A DNA stretch of 64,000 bases, from NCBI GenBank assembly GCA_903870015.1, contig CAIQBE010000002.1, positions 45,863 to 109,862 of the forward strand, written 5' to 3'. Made by a program: the position numbers and the translations under genes. Below, one piece after another: positions 1 to 10,892 of the stretch (positions within the stretch are counted from its first letter, which is position 1; each line of letters begins with the position of its first letter). The DNA comes from an uncultured Thiotrichales bacterium. GTDB taxonomy: Bacteria; Pseudomonadota; Gammaproteobacteria; Francisellales; CACEW01. Below the pieces are notes generated by a model. It did no database searches. It was not told the DNA's origin and worked only from the letters and a program-made list of their open reading frames with translations.

Positions 1-572
1 TTGCGGGCTTGGCAAATATAGCGTCCGTGTAAAATTAGCCAGTGGTGAGCATCTTGTTTATAAGCATCGGGAATACATTGCAAGAGCTGGGCTTCAATCG
101 CCTCAGGTGTTTTGCCTTTGGCCAAGCCCAAGCGTTGGGCCACCCGAAAAATATGTGTGTCCACCGCAATAGTTGGCTCACCAAAAGCAGTATTTAAAAC
201 CACATTAGCCGTTTTTCGACCTACACCCGGAAGGCTCTCAAGTTCTGAGCGTGTGCGTGGCACTTCGCCGGCAAAATCTTGCACCAGTATTTCACACGTC
301 TTGATAATATTTTTAGCTTTACTGTTAAAGAGCCCAATGGTTTTGATATAGTGTTTTAAACCAGTCTCACCGAGATCAAATATCTTTTGGGGTGTGTTAG
401 CAATTTTAAACAGTGCCGGAGTTGCGAGATTAACGGCCTTGTCTGTAGCTTGTGCCGATAGAATCACTGCAATGAGTAATTCAAAATGGGAGGCGTATAC
501 AAGCTCAGTGGTAGGTTTGGGGTTGTTTTTTTGAAAGCGCTGAAACAGCGTCTTAATTTTTTGCGGTGTCAT
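1..572 (-). CDS. nth: endonuclease III (Nth), C-terminus cut by window edge
   Basis: Own minus-strand translation; absent from the ORF track because it runs off the window. Begins [13 protein letters not shown] at 572. Contains [14 protein letters not shown], the helix-hairpin-helix block [29 protein letters not shown], and [19 protein letters not shown] entering the FeS Cys cluster. Confidence 0.9.
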   Translation of the reverse strand, partial: MTPQKIKTLFQRFQKNNPKPTTELVYASHFELLIAVILSAQATDKAVNLATPALFKIANTPQKIFDLGETGLKHYIKTIGLFNSKAKNIIKTCEILVQDFAGEVPRTRSELESLPGVGRKTANVVLNTAFGEPTIAVDTHIFRVAQRLGLAKGKTPEAIEAQLLQCIPDAYKQDAHHWLILHGRYICQAR

Positions 573-1695
573 GAAACTTATTCTGCGCTTTTGTGTACTC
601 ATGATCAAGAGAGAGCAAGCTAAAACGAGTGTTTTGGTCAAAAATATCAATACCCTCAGATTGTTTCAATTTTTTGGCAATCACAACGGAGAGGGGGAGT
701 AAAATCAGCTCAATACCTGCCATCATGAGCCATGAGGTCAACATAATATAGAGCAAAGCCTTAAAGCTCATGAGGCCCACAAACGCAATCACACAAAACA
801 CCACTACATCAATTAAATAGCCTACCATGGTTGAAGTAATAAAGCGCAATGCCATCAAGCGGCCGCTTAATAATATTTTAAGCTTGGCCAGAACATAAGC
901 GCTAATGCCTTCAGTCGCAAAATAGCTGACAAAGGAGGCAATAATAATGCGCATATCAAAAAGTAAAAAATGCTGATAGGCCTGAAAGTTGATAAGATCA
1001 GGGCCATGCCAGTGCGCCACAATTTGTCCCATGAGCAAAATAATCAGATTAAACAAAAAACCACACCAGATCGCGAGGCGCGCATTCTTATAGCCATAAA
1101 CTTCAGTGACGATATCAAGCATAATGTTCGTGAGCGGGAATACCAAGGTGCCTGAGTCGACCTCAAACCAAAAAATTTTAATAAAGCGTGGGTCATACCA
1201 ATTTGCCGCCAAAATAATTACACCATAAAGCACCATGATCATTGATAAATATTTGCTACGGACTAAAAAATTATGTTCGTGATGTATTTTCAATGGTTTG
1301 AGATAGGTTAAAGTTTGTAAGCCAAAAATAAATAATAAAAAAACAAGAGGAATTAAGCTAAAGCAGAGAAAGTTATTCAGTATTAAATGCAGGGGTTGCA
1401 TCAGTATAGAGTCAAAAAGGATATTATTCACCGCAAAATCAGGTGAAGGCATTAGGGTAATTATAGTGCCATAGCCTGTAAACACAAGATTGGCAATCGC
1501 AGCCAGTAAAATAGTTTGCATGCTAAATTTTATCCCATGACCTAACTGGAGGAGTGCCATTAAAATCAGCAAAAAGGGCAGTAGTAAGAGCCCCGCAGAA
1601 AAGGTCATATCAACCAGTAACAAGAGTTTGGTCGAAAAAGCGCTGGCAATTAAAGTCAGGGCAATAAAAAGTAGGCGTAAAAACCAAGCAGACAT
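553..1695 (-). CDS. VUT/YhhQ-family (queuosine-precursor transporter-like) membrane protein with extra N-terminal hydrophobic domain
   Basis: The C-terminal ~230 aa resemble the YhhQ/DUF165 family ([28 protein letters not shown], polytopic). The first ~145 aa are additional TM segments. The stop overlaps the nth start by 20 nt. Confidence 0.6.
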   Translation of the reverse strand: MSAWFLRLLFIALTLIASAFSTKLLLLVDMTFSAGLLLLPFLLILMALLQLGHGIKFSMQTILLAAIANLVFTGYGTIITLMPSPDFAVNNILFDSILMQPLHLILNNFLCFSLIPLVFLLFIFGLQTLTYLKPLKIHHEHNFLVRSKYLSMIMVLYGVIILAANWYDPRFIKIFWFEVDSGTLVFPLTNIMLDIVTEVYGYKNARLAIWCGFLFNLIILLMGQIVAHWHGPDLINFQAYQHFLLFDMRIIIASFVSYFATEGISAYVLAKLKILLSGRLMALRFITSTMVGYLIDVVVFCVIAFVGLMSFKALLYIMLTSWLMMAGIELILLPLSVVIAKKLKQSEGIDIFDQNTRFSLLSLDHEYTKAQNKFHDTAKN

Positions 1696-1763
1696 GAGCG
1701 CTTTAGCTTAATGAAGGGCGCATATTATAAGCAATTTGAGTGGCTTTGGCAATTTTTCTCTCA

Positions 1764-2372
1764 TTAAAAACGATAGCTGATGCCCAGGGGGACATAGAAG
1801 TTAGCTTGTATGCCATCCTTGCCGGGAATTGCAAGCGCAGATAAAGACATTGTAAATTTAGGGGTGAAGTAAACCGTTAAGCCTGTGCCGATTTCAGGGA
1901 GGACGGTATTCGCAGTGCTATTGGGTGTGTCTCCCGCGATAGAGCCTGAAACACTCTGTTGAGCGTAAACCAATCCTAGCAAGCCATAAATTCCAAAACG
2001 CGTTGAGATAGGATAGGTGGCTTTAGCAGCAATATCATAATAAGACAAAGAGCTTTTAAAGCTAGGGTCGGCAGAAGCGGTATAGCCACCTGCGTACATA
2101 TAACCCATTTGTAAGGCATAATACTGATTAAATTGATAGCCTACACTCAGTTTAGGGCTGAAATTAAAAACATTAAATACACCGGTGGCAAGCGAAGAGT
2201 TGAATACAGATTGGATATTAGTGTGCGGAGTGCTCCAGCCCCATTGCGCATCAAAGTACACGCCAGAGTAGTCGGTATTGTTATCTGCGAAGCTGCTATG
2301 GCAAAAAAAACCAGTGGCTAAAGCGATTAAAGCGATCTTAATATTTCTCATTAGGTAATCCTGTCTTGTCAA
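1764..2372 (-). CDS. small outer-membrane beta-barrel protein (OmpA-like/opacity-porin type)
   Basis: Signal peptide IALIALATGFFCHSSFA, alternating aromatic beta-strand pattern, and the C-terminal ...GISYRF typical of outer-membrane barrels. Confidence 0.6.
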   Translation of the reverse strand: MTRQDYLMRNIKIALIALATGFFCHSSFADNNTDYSGVYFDAQWGWSTPHTNIQSVFNSSLATGVFNVFNFSPKLSVGYQFNQYYALQMGYMYAGGYTASADPSFKSSLSYYDIAAKATYPISTRFGIYGLLGLVYAQQSVSGSIAGDTPNSTANTVLPEIGTGLTVYFTPKFTMSLSALAIPGKDGIQANFYVPLGISYRF

Positions 2373-2456
2373 ATATTGATCATTATTCTAACATGACCTT
2401 TCTATCTAATCTATCATTTTTATTTGGGATAGGTATAATAGGCGCTTTATCAAGCG

Positions 2457-3035
2457 ATGCAAAACATGCAAGACATCACTCCAGAATTTATACGCACTGT
2501 CCAAAAAAGCGCAAAGCAGTTATTGTCAAAGGCTCAGATTGATGCAGCCTTTGAGCAGATGGCTACAAAAGTAACCGCGACGTTAGAATATGCAAATCCA
2601 GTCATCATTACGCTCATGAACGGCGGTTTATTTACCACGAGTGAGCTGTGTTTACGCTTAAATTTTCCCTTAGAAATGGATTATATTCACGCCACACGTT
2701 ATGATGGTGGGGTCACAGGCCAGATTCTGAAATGGCGCAAAGAGCCAAATACGGCGCTGGAAGGGCGAGTGGTTTTGTTGGTCGATGATATTTTAGATGG
2801 TGGTATTACCTTAAAGCACGCCAAAGAATATTGTGAGACTAAAGGTGCTAAGCACGTTTATACGCTAGCCTTACTTGATAAAGTTGAGGCACGCATGCCC
2901 GAAGGCCTTGCCAAGGCTGATTTTACCGGTTTAGATATTCCCAATGAATATGTGTTTGGTTATGGCCTGGATTATCATAATTATTTGCGCAATGTTCCTG
3001 GAATTTATGCAGTTGCCAAAGAGCACATGTTCTAA
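2457..3035 (+). CDS. hpt: hypoxanthine-guanine phosphoribosyltransferase
   Basis: PRPP-binding motif VVLLVDDILDGGITL; typical size of 192 aa. Confidence 0.85.
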   Translation: MQNMQDITPEFIRTVQKSAKQLLSKAQIDAAFEQMATKVTATLEYANPVIITLMNGGLFTTSELCLRLNFPLEMDYIHATRYDGGVTGQILKWRKEPNTALEGRVVLLVDDILDGGITLKHAKEYCETKGAKHVYTLALLDKVEARMPEGLAKADFTGLDIPNEYVFGYGLDYHNYLRNVPGIYAVAKEHMF

Positions 3036-3098
3036 TTCCCTTTACGAATGCCTTGAAATTCAGTAAAATAGCGGCACTTATTCATTGTTGGTAACGTT

Positions 3099-4889
3099 GT
3101 GCATAATATTCGTAATTTTTCTGTGATCGCCCATATTGACCATGGTAAGTCTACCTTGTCTGATCGTTTTATTCAAATGTGTGGCGGCCTTGAGGCGCGT
3201 GAAATGAGCGAGCAGGTGCTCGATTCTATGGATATCGAGCGCGAGCGTGGGATTACGATTAAAGCGCAATGCGTAACACTTAACTACACCGCCAAAGATG
3301 GTGTGACTTACAAGCTGAATTTTATTGATACGCCCGGGCACGTGGACTTTGCCTATGAGGTCTCACGGTCATTGTCAGCCTGCGAAGGCGCCTTGCTGGT
3401 CGTCGATGCCGCGCAAGGGGTTGAGGCACAAACGGTAGCCAATTGTTATACCGCGATTGAGCAAGGCCTAGAAGTCTTGCCAGTATTAAACAAAATTGAT
3501 TTACCTCAAGCCGAGCCAGAACGCGTTAAGCAAGAAATCGAAGATATTATCGGCATTGAGGCCAAAAATGCCGTCGAATGCAGCGCCAAGACCGGCCTAA
3601 ATGTGCTCGATGTATTAGAGGAAATTGTCAAAAGAGTGCCATGCCCTAAAGGCGATCCTAGTGCGCCATTACAGGCCTTGATCATCGACTCATGGTTTGA
3701 TACTTATTTGGGGGTAGTGTCCCTAGTGCGCATCAAAAACGGCCAATTAAGACGGGGCGATAAAATTTTAGTGATGTCAACCGGGCAAAGCTATACAGCG
3801 GAACAAATCGGAGTGTTTACCCCTAAGCGCGTCTACAAAGAAATTCTTGATTGCGGTGATGTTGGCTTTGTCGTCGCCAATGTTAAAGATGTGCACGGAG
3901 CACCCGTCGGCGACACGCTCACACATGTAAAGCCAGCAGCCACCACACAATTGGCCGGCTTTAAAAAAGTAAAGCCGCAAGTGTATTCAGGGCTGTTTCC
4001 GATTAATGCTGAAGATTACGAAGATTTTCGTGAAGCCCTGGAAAAATTAAGTTTAAATGATGCCTCACTCTTTTTTGAGCCAGAAACCTCTGAGGCTTTG
4101 GGCTTGGGCTTTCGCTGCGGCTTTTTAGGTATGTTGCACATGGAGATTATCCAGGAGCGCTTGGAGCGTGAGTATAATCTGGATCTCATTACCTCATCAC
4201 CCACAGTAGTGTATGAAATTTTATTGACGAATGGTCAGTTAGTGTATGTCGATAATCCCTCAAAGCTCCCTGACATCAGCGCCATCGAAGAAATTCGTGA
4301 GCCAGTTTGTGAGGCACATATCTTGGTTCCGCAAGAGTATTTAGGGAATGTGATTACGCTATGCCAAGAAAAACGAGGCACTCAAATCAATATGCAATAT
4401 GCCGGCAAGCAAGTAGCATTAACTTATGAGCTGCCGATGAATGAAGTAGTGTTAGATTTCTTTGATCGCCTAAAATCCATCAGCCGTGGCTATGCTTCTT
4501 TGGATTATGCCTTTAAGCACTACAAGATTGCGCCAGTTGTGCGTTTAGATATTTTAATTAACGGTGAGCGTGTCGATGCTCTGGCAATTATGGTGCACCA
4601 TGATCAAGCGCAATATCGCGGTAGACAGCTCGTTGAAAAATTAAGAGAGCTGATCCCAAGGCAAATGTTCGAAGTCGCCATTCAAGCAGCTATCGGTGCC
4701 CATATTATCGCCAGGGCAACGGTCAGCGCCATGCGCAAAAACGTTTTGGCTAAATGCTACGGCGGGGATATTTCAAGAAAGAAAAAGCTCTTGGAAAAGC
4801 AAAAGGCGGGTAAAAAGCGCATGAAACAAGTAGGTGCTGTAGAAATTCCGCAAGAAGCATTTTTAGCTATTCTGAAAGTAGATAAGTAA
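3099..4889 (+). CDS. lepA: translation elongation factor 4 (LepA)
   Basis: [25 protein letters not shown] and NKID G-motifs; LepA-specific C-terminus ...[30 protein letters not shown] start. Confidence 0.97.
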   Translation: MHNIRNFSVIAHIDHGKSTLSDRFIQMCGGLEAREMSEQVLDSMDIERERGITIKAQCVTLNYTAKDGVTYKLNFIDTPGHVDFAYEVSRSLSACEGALLVVDAAQGVEAQTVANCYTAIEQGLEVLPVLNKIDLPQAEPERVKQEIEDIIGIEAKNAVECSAKTGLNVLDVLEEIVKRVPCPKGDPSAPLQALIIDSWFDTYLGVVSLVRIKNGQLRRGDKILVMSTGQSYTAEQIGVFTPKRVYKEILDCGDVGFVVANVKDVHGAPVGDTLTHVKPAATTQLAGFKKVKPQVYSGLFPINAEDYEDFREALEKLSLNDASLFFEPETSEALGLGFRCGFLGMLHMEIIQERLEREYNLDLITSSPTVVYEILLTNGQLVYVDNPSKLPDISAIEEIREPVCEAHILVPQEYLGNVITLCQEKRGTQINMQYAGKQVALTYELPMNEVVLDFFDRLKSISRGYASLDYAFKHYKIAPVVRLDILINGERVDALAIMVHHDQAQYRGRQLVEKLRELIPRQMFEVAIQAAIGAHIIARATVSAMRKNVLAKCYGGDISRKKKLLEKQKAGKKRMKQVGAVEIPQEAFLAILKVDK

Positions 4890-4911
4890 CGCCGCCAAGT
4901 AACAGGCGGCG
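4890..4911. terminator. GC-rich hairpin between convergent lepA and the 4922 gene
   Basis: cgccgcc (4890-4896), 8-nt loop, ggcggcg (4905-4911). No clear U-run follows, so it is only a candidate terminator. Confidence 0.35.
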
Positions 4912-4921
4912 CGATATCCCA

Positions 4922-5662
4922 TTACTCAGCGGTACTATTTTTTTCATTCTCACAGAATAAGTAAATTCTGCCAATCACTAAATAGCTAAAGGGAACGGTC
5001 CAAAGAAGCCCAATGCCTAACAAGCACATGCCGAGAAGGTTCAGTACAAATAAATAAATCAACGCCAAGAAAATCTTGCCAAAATGTGGCCAAGCAATCT
5101 TGCATGATTTCCACCAAGCAATAAAAGGATTCGCTTTTTTTTCAGCAACCAGAATGTAATTAAAAAGTAAAAAACTTTTGTAAACACCATAAAAGAGTAC
5201 GGTGATCAGAGTAAAAGCAATAAAGGTTCGGGGCGAAGTATATTGAAGGCTAATTTGCATGTGAAAGGCAATAACTAGCAGCACAATACATGCAGCAACC
5301 AAGAGTGCAAGAACCCAAAGGAAAATAGACCCCATCAAGAATGCGGCAATAATTCGGGGCAACATACGGTAGTACTTAAAGCCAGCAAAAAAATGCAGGG
5401 GAGGATTGCGAAAACGATTGACTCCCAGCATGCATAGACCCGCCAAAAGCGGTGCAGTAAGTAAGGATTGCAATACAAATTCAAGAAGATCACCCTGCCA
5501 GCTTCTAGCGCCATGCTCAAAAAGAGCGATAGCAATATAAATCAGCAACTGACTAACCACCAAGGTAAAAAAAGTGAAGAAAAATGACCGCTTTGAGCCT
5601 TTGACATTTTTCCAGGCATCGCTAAAAATAGTGTCAAGTGGAATTGGTTGGTGCTTGTGCAT
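4922..5662 (-). CDS. polytopic inner-membrane protein, unknown function
   Basis: About 6 hydrophobic segments. I prefer the ATG at 5662 (MHKHQPIPLD...) because GGAGGG lies 8 nt upstream. The track ORF extends to 5782. Confidence 0.6.
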   Translation of the reverse strand: MHKHQPIPLDTIFSDAWKNVKGSKRSFFFTFFTLVVSQLLIYIAIALFEHGARSWQGDLLEFVLQSLLTAPLLAGLCMLGVNRFRNPPLHFFAGFKYYRMLPRIIAAFLMGSIFLWVLALLVAACIVLLVIAFHMQISLQYTSPRTFIAFTLITVLFYGVYKSFLLFNYILVAEKKANPFIAWWKSCKIAWPHFGKIFLALIYLFVLNLLGMCLLGIGLLWTVPFSYLVIGRIYLFCENEKNSTAE

Positions 5663-5807
5663 GTAATAACCCTCCGTAATCAGTTGATGGGCAATGCCAG
5701 CGGTTTTTTCGCAAGCAAGAGCATTTAGATTGCCCTTATGATAATACATGTTAAGGGAATAGTCACTAGCAGGTAGCAGCAAATGTAGCAGGAAACTCCC
5801 ATCAAAG

Positions 5808-7181
5808 ATGGCTTTTTATATGGCGCCATGTTACGCTTATAACAATAAACAAGATCATTCTTATGGCATGAAATCTTTTCCAAAAAAATGGCTGATTCTC
5901 TCCCATGGCTTTAATATGGATGGGCGTGCGGCAAGCTTAACTGTGACTGACAAAATCCCTTATTTGCTAGAGGCTGGAATTCAGCCGATTGTGTTGAGTG
6001 CCGTGACGGGGCGCAAAGATATACGCTTTCCCCATTATCAGCTCTTGCCTTGGGGGCCTTCAGGTCTGCGTTTTGACTTTAGGCATTGGTTCGCGGTGCA
6101 ATTTGGTAAAAAGCTACCCTATAAAATAATTACCCCGCTTGTGTCTCTGCTTCTTGCACCTTTTACTGTGTTAGAAAAGCTTTTTTTTAGGTTATCAAGC
6201 CAAGCCTCTTGGTCTTTGCCTGCGGCCTTTAAGGGCATTCGTTTAGTAAAATCTGGCCAGGTTGATTTAATTTATTCATCAGGAGGCGCTTGGTCAGCGC
6301 ATTATGCGGCTTGGCTCATTAAAAAAGTAACTAAAGTAACGTGGATTGCTGAAATTCATGATCCCATGATTGCACGAGCAGATGCTCTTGATGACGGTAC
6401 GCGCCCACAAAAAACGCGAGAAAAGCGCTTTACGCAACGCTTAGAGGGTAAAATTTGTCGTGATGCCGATCATGTATGGTGGTTTACAGAACAAGCATTG
6501 CATTATGCAAAACAACGCCATCCAGAGCTGGGTGATAAAGGCTTTGTGGTTTATCCAGGGGCTGAGCCGCCTGGGTGTCATCAGCCCCTTCCACCTTATG
6601 AGTATCAAGAGAGATTATCGATAGCGCATTTTGGGTCGTTAGCCGATAATCGTTCCTTAACACCTTTGCTTGAAGCCATGGCGATTTTTTTTAATCATAC
6701 CCCTGAAGCCAGAGATAAAATCAAAATAGATGTTTATGGGGCGGGGTTAGATTCATTCTCAAAAAATACGCTGGAGCAGCTGAATTTAAAGCCATCAGTG
6801 ATCGCCCATGGCCGTATTGAAAATGATGAAAAAACCGGAAAGTCAGGCCGTGAAATTATTATGGATAAGATGCGTTTGGCCGATGTTTTATTGCTATTAC
6901 ACGGTAATTATGAAGAATGCGCTGAATACTACCCTTCAAAGCTCTATGATTACTATTGGACGGATCGGCCCATTTTGGCGCTAACCCATCGCTCCCCAGA
7001 TTTGGATGCTATTTTAGCAAAACGTCAAGCTTATTTGGCGCATACGCTGGATCAAGGTTCTATTCTAAAAGCGCTTAAAGAAATTTGGAATGATTGGGCC
7101 AGCAAGCAGCTGCATCAGCAGGTATTTGAGCCAATAAGTCCGAAAGTGGCTGTTGCAAATATTCTTGCGAGGATTAAGTGA
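5808..7181 (+). CDS. putative GT-B-fold glycosyltransferase (weak assignment)
   Basis: Two-lobe layout with a C-terminal EYYPSKLYDYYWTDRPILAL resembling the GT4 E-x7-E region. The start is uncertain (5808 or the ATG at 5868). Confidence 0.4.
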   Translation: MAFYMAPCYAYNNKQDHSYGMKSFPKKWLILSHGFNMDGRAASLTVTDKIPYLLEAGIQPIVLSAVTGRKDIRFPHYQLLPWGPSGLRFDFRHWFAVQFGKKLPYKIITPLVSLLLAPFTVLEKLFFRLSSQASWSLPAAFKGIRLVKSGQVDLIYSSGGAWSAHYAAWLIKKVTKVTWIAEIHDPMIARADALDDGTRPQKTREKRFTQRLEGKICRDADHVWWFTEQALHYAKQRHPELGDKGFVVYPGAEPPGCHQPLPPYEYQERLSIAHFGSLADNRSLTPLLEAMAIFFNHTPEARDKIKIDVYGAGLDSFSKNTLEQLNLKPSVIAHGRIENDEKTGKSGREIIMDKMRLADVLLLLHGNYEECAEYYPSKLYDYYWTDRPILALTHRSPDLDAILAKRQAYLAHTLDQGSILKALKEIWNDWASKQLHQQVFEPISPKVAVANILARIK

Positions 7182-7190
7182 TTTGTTGAT

Positions 7191-7830
7191 TCAGGCTGAG
7201 TCCCAAGCTTGTATTTTAGTGACTACAACTTGAGAAATAACAAACCCGCTAAACAATATAAACGGTATGAGCGAGTATTTTTCACTAAGGTAAGAATTGG
7301 CTAAACAAATTGGGCCATAGGTCGCGCTTAATATTAAACCTGCATTACGATAACTGGGTGCTTTTAACGGCCATGTCTCTAACGCCAGACTTAGGATCCA
7401 CGCCGCAAAAATTAACATCCCAAATACCCCTAGCTCAACCCCGAATAACAGGTAATCACTATGAGGGTTAGCGCTATAGTTAATCACATCTTTTGCAGCA
7501 ACACCTGAATATTCTTGTGTGAAACTTCCTGTGCCATAGCCATAAAGTGGTTTTGCTTCGATGGAACTAACACAATGACCACCAACATCAGGTGTAGATT
7601 TATATTCTGCAATTTGTGTGGGCGCAGGCTGGAAGTCACAATCATATCCATGCGTATGATGAGTTAAATCAACATGACCACGCCCTATTTTGTGCTGAAC
7701 AATGGGGAGGGGGCTATAACAGTTAATGGAATGAGCACGGACGTAAGGCCTAATAAAAGCGTAGATACCATTGGAATACTAAAGCCGGCAATCAGCGCGA
7801 CAAATAAATTGATTTTTCAGTGACGAGCCA
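7191..7830 (-). pseudogene. decayed O-antigen ligase (Wzy_C/WaaL-family) paralog
   Basis: The frame stays open from 7779 down to 7191 and encodes ...KPLYGYGTGSFTQEYSGVAAKDVINYSANPHSDYLLFGVELGVFGMLIF (ligase periplasmic loop plus last TMs). It has no ATG/GTG/TTG upstream of the GTG at 7487. A hydrophobic piece (LFVALIAGFSIPMVSTLLLGLTSVLIPLTVIA) sits in a different frame at about 7700-7815, bounded by stops. Confidence 0.6.
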
Positions 7831-7938
7831 TTATCGATACTTTTACTGCTTCAAAGAATGGTGTATATTTAGGTAATTCTCACGGCAGCATAACGGTTTT
7901 TTAAATGCTCATCAGCCACGCTTTTAAGGAAAGTTTCA

Positions 7939-8715
7939 ATGCCTTGCACAAGCCATAGTAGCTTACTCCCGCCCATTTTGTTGACCTCAAGTATTATTAT
8001 TTCAGATCACTCTGTTGCGTTGAAAAGTAAAGAAGATCGTATTCGCTACACGCTAGAATCAATTAGCCAATGGCTAAAATTATCGCCGAATTTCAAGCTA
8101 GTCATCTGCGACGGATCTAATTTTGATTTTTCCAAAATTGTGCATGAGCAGTTTCCCAATGCGCAGATTGAATGCTTATTTTTTCAAAACGATGCAGAGA
8201 AAACACGCAAGCAAGGGAAGGGTTATGGAGAGGGCGAAATTATCAACTATGCATTACATCACTCAACCTACCTCCAAGAATCGGATTTTTTCGCAAAATG
8301 TACGGGCAGACTATGGGTTGAAAATTTTTTTGAATGCCTAAAGTTCTGGAATGGCCGTTTTCTATGTAAGGGTTATTTTTCAAATGTTTTGTCTCTTAAA
8401 AAAACGCAGTTTTCCTACGTCGATACACGATTTTATTTAGCAAACCGAGCTTTTTATTTAGAACATTTTTCATCAGAATATTTGAGAGTGGGTGGTGATG
8501 GAGGCTTAAGCATAGAAGATTGCTTTCGAGAAGTATTATTAAAAAAAAATATGACAAGCGTATTGCTAAGTATAAAGCCAGTTATCTGTGGTGTATCTGG
8601 CGCAAATGGTACTTACTACAAAAAAAACACGCTAAGGCGGGCGCTGACAGAAAATTTGCGATTGCAAATACTCAAAAGGCATGGGGCTTTCAAACAGTTA
8701 TTTGAGGTAAACTGA
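7939..8715 (+). CDS. hypothetical protein within glycan island
   Basis: 258-aa ORF with no motif I can name. It lies between the ligase remnant and the acyltransferase. Confidence 0.45.
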   Translation: MPCTSHSSLLPPILLTSSIIISDHSVALKSKEDRIRYTLESISQWLKLSPNFKLVICDGSNFDFSKIVHEQFPNAQIECLFFQNDAEKTRKQGKGYGEGEIINYALHHSTYLQESDFFAKCTGRLWVENFFECLKFWNGRFLCKGYFSNVLSLKKTQFSYVDTRFYLANRAFYLEHFSSEYLRVGGDGGLSIEDCFREVLLKKNMTSVLLSIKPVICGVSGANGTYYKKNTLRRALTENLRLQILKRHGAFKQLFEVN

Positions 8716-8747
8716 TGTTATGTGTATGAGGCATTAAGAAGATTAGC

Positions 8748-10697
8748 TCAAGGTATGGGAAAGGGGTTGCCATATTTTTTGAGATATAACTGTCCAATTA
8801 AAGTCGAGCCTGGGTAATTTAAATGCCCCCCTCCTTGGTACAATGGAATTCCTTGAATTGATGTTTTACATTGACCTTGGTCACAAATGATTGTGGTAAA
8901 ATCAATAAGCACTATTTGTGGATATTGTTTTTTTAATTTAAAAATGATATTTCTGGTTTGGTTCTGCTCTTGTAAAACCGATGCTTGGTTAATCGAGCAA
9001 GGCTCAGGAGTCGTAAATTTTGTAAAACCACAAAAGGGCATGGTGCCTGATGAAAGTATTGGAAAGTCCATGATAATAATTGGAGTGCTCCCTGCTTTTA
9101 TAATGAGTTTTGTTGCATTTTCTAAGCCTGTTTCAAGTATTGAATAATTATTGGTGGTCTCAGGTGTTGATGTCGTTCCCCATCGCGAGTTTGGATAATG
9201 TCCCCAAAATGCACCCATGACGACATACTTATAATGCCCTGATTGTATGATGCTCTCGAGCGTTTTATTTCTTGCCATTTTGTTGGGTACTATGGGATCA
9301 TTCCACTCTGGTATGTTTCCTGAAATGAAAACAGTGCCGCTTTTTGTAGCAACATATCCCTTAAGATTTCGATCTTTTAACCATACATTGAGCATCCCAA
9401 CTTCTGACATTGCATGAGAGTCGCCTACGATTAAAACTTCATCTTTATTTAAGCTTGTATTACCTATTGAGCAAGAGATTTCTGACGATTTTGTAGAGGA
9501 TAAATCCCCATCAATACAGTTTACAAAGGGGCCAGCAAAGTTTTCTTCAATCTCATAGGCTTGGCGAGACTTCAAATTAAATGCAACATACGGAGCAAGA
9601 TGAAATAATACCGAAATACCAATGGCAAAGAGAATGTATAGCCCCAGTATTTTTAAGAACATGGCCTTGTATTTCTCGTTAAATCGGAAGGGTTGTTCTA
9701 TAAAATACCAGGTAAGTACAGCCAAGAGGAAAGATACAATAAAAATGGCGGAGGCGATTTGAAAATCAATAGGAATAAGTAGTACATGGGCAAAAGCAAT
9801 AAAGGGCCAATGCCACAAATAGAGAGAATAAGAGATCAGGCCAATAAATACCAATAATCGATTGGAAAGTATTTGATTGCCAATAGCCTTATTTTCTCCA
9901 CCTCCGGCATAAATCAATAAAGCAGCACCAAGACAAGGTAATAAAATATAAAAGCTTGGATAATCTGAGATTTGCAAAAAGCAGCCAGCATAAACAATAG
10001 AGGCTATGCCAATCATTGAGAATAGGTGATTTAACCAAGGGGCAGAGTAAGTTCGTAGTTGAGTCCAGTGCATTGCTAAAAGGGCCCCTATTAATAACTC
10101 AAAGGCTCGTGTGGTTGGTAAATAATAAAGGCCAGGCGCACCAGAGCGAGAAACGTAATAGCAGGTAAAAGAGGCAGCACAAAAAAGGATGGTAAATATA
10201 AGCGCTCCACGTTGACGAAAAAAGTGGATAATCACTAATAACAGCAAGGGCCAGATAATGTAGAATTGCTCTTCAACGCCCAGTGTCCAGGTGTGTAGCA
10301 GGGGTAACTCATCCGCATCGGGGGCAAAGTAATTTTGTTGAATTTGATGAAAATAAAAATTTGACGAGATAAATAGCGCATGCAACATTGAATCTGAATA
10401 ATGCACTAATGGCTTGGGCAAAAGAAAAAGATAGGCAGCTATGGTAGTGACAAAAAGAACAAAGATTAACGCGGGAAAAATTCTTCTCAGGCGTTTTAAA
10501 TAAAACGCCTTAAGGGAAAATTTACTATGCTGGATATCCGATAAAATATGTTGAGTAATTAAAAAACCAGAAATGACAAAAAAGACATCCACGCCGATAA
10601 AGCCGGTTGCTGCAAAGCCTGCGCCTAGATGATAAAAAACGACTAATAATATAGCAATGGCTCTTAGGCCATCAATGTCTTTACGATGTGTTTTCAT
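8748..10697 (-). CDS. acyltransferase family 3 (OafA/YrhL-type) with C-terminal SGNH domain
   Basis: N-terminus DIDGLRAIAILLVVFYHLG...GFIGVDVFFVISGFLIT, about 10 TMs, then a soluble domain containing VLIVGDSHA (SGNH block I). Confidence 0.85.
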   Translation of the reverse strand: MKTHRKDIDGLRAIAILLVVFYHLGAGFAATGFIGVDVFFVISGFLITQHILSDIQHSKFSLKAFYLKRLRRIFPALIFVLFVTTIAAYLFLLPKPLVHYSDSMLHALFISSNFYFHQIQQNYFAPDADELPLLHTWTLGVEEQFYIIWPLLLLVIIHFFRQRGALIFTILFCAASFTCYYVSRSGAPGLYYLPTTRAFELLIGALLAMHWTQLRTYSAPWLNHLFSMIGIASIVYAGCFLQISDYPSFYILLPCLGAALLIYAGGGENKAIGNQILSNRLLVFIGLISYSLYLWHWPFIAFAHVLLIPIDFQIASAIFIVSFLLAVLTWYFIEQPFRFNEKYKAMFLKILGLYILFAIGISVLFHLAPYVAFNLKSRQAYEIEENFAGPFVNCIDGDLSSTKSSEISCSIGNTSLNKDEVLIVGDSHAMSEVGMLNVWLKDRNLKGYVATKSGTVFISGNIPEWNDPIVPNKMARNKTLESIIQSGHYKYVVMGAFWGHYPNSRWGTTSTPETTNNYSILETGLENATKLIIKAGSTPIIIMDFPILSSGTMPFCGFTKFTTPEPCSINQASVLQEQNQTRNIIFKLKKQYPQIVLIDFTTIICDQGQCKTSIQGIPLYQGGGHLNYPGSTLIGQLYLKKYGNPFPIP

Positions 10698-10892
10698 CTA
10701 AGCCGTTGGTTCAAAGCCTGTCTGAACATTCTATAGTAAGGGGTCGGCAAAATCAAATAATATCTGTAGCGCTGTAGCGCTAATGCATGTGACTTATTGC
10801 CTTAGTCATGCTGGGACTTGATCTCATTATGAAATTTATAATATAAAAAACTAACCTTCTTTTTTGCCTGGGCGCTTCCACAGATTTAATTT

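Noticed and set aside
112-351. 79-aa plus-strand ORF at the window start
   Set aside because: It lies antisense inside the clearly recognisable nth coding sequence and has no motif of its own.
10765-10782. Tandem duplication ctgtagcg-ctgtagcg in the acyltransferase/ligase spacer
   Set aside because: It has only two 8-nt units, which is too short to call a repeat element or a phase-variation tract.
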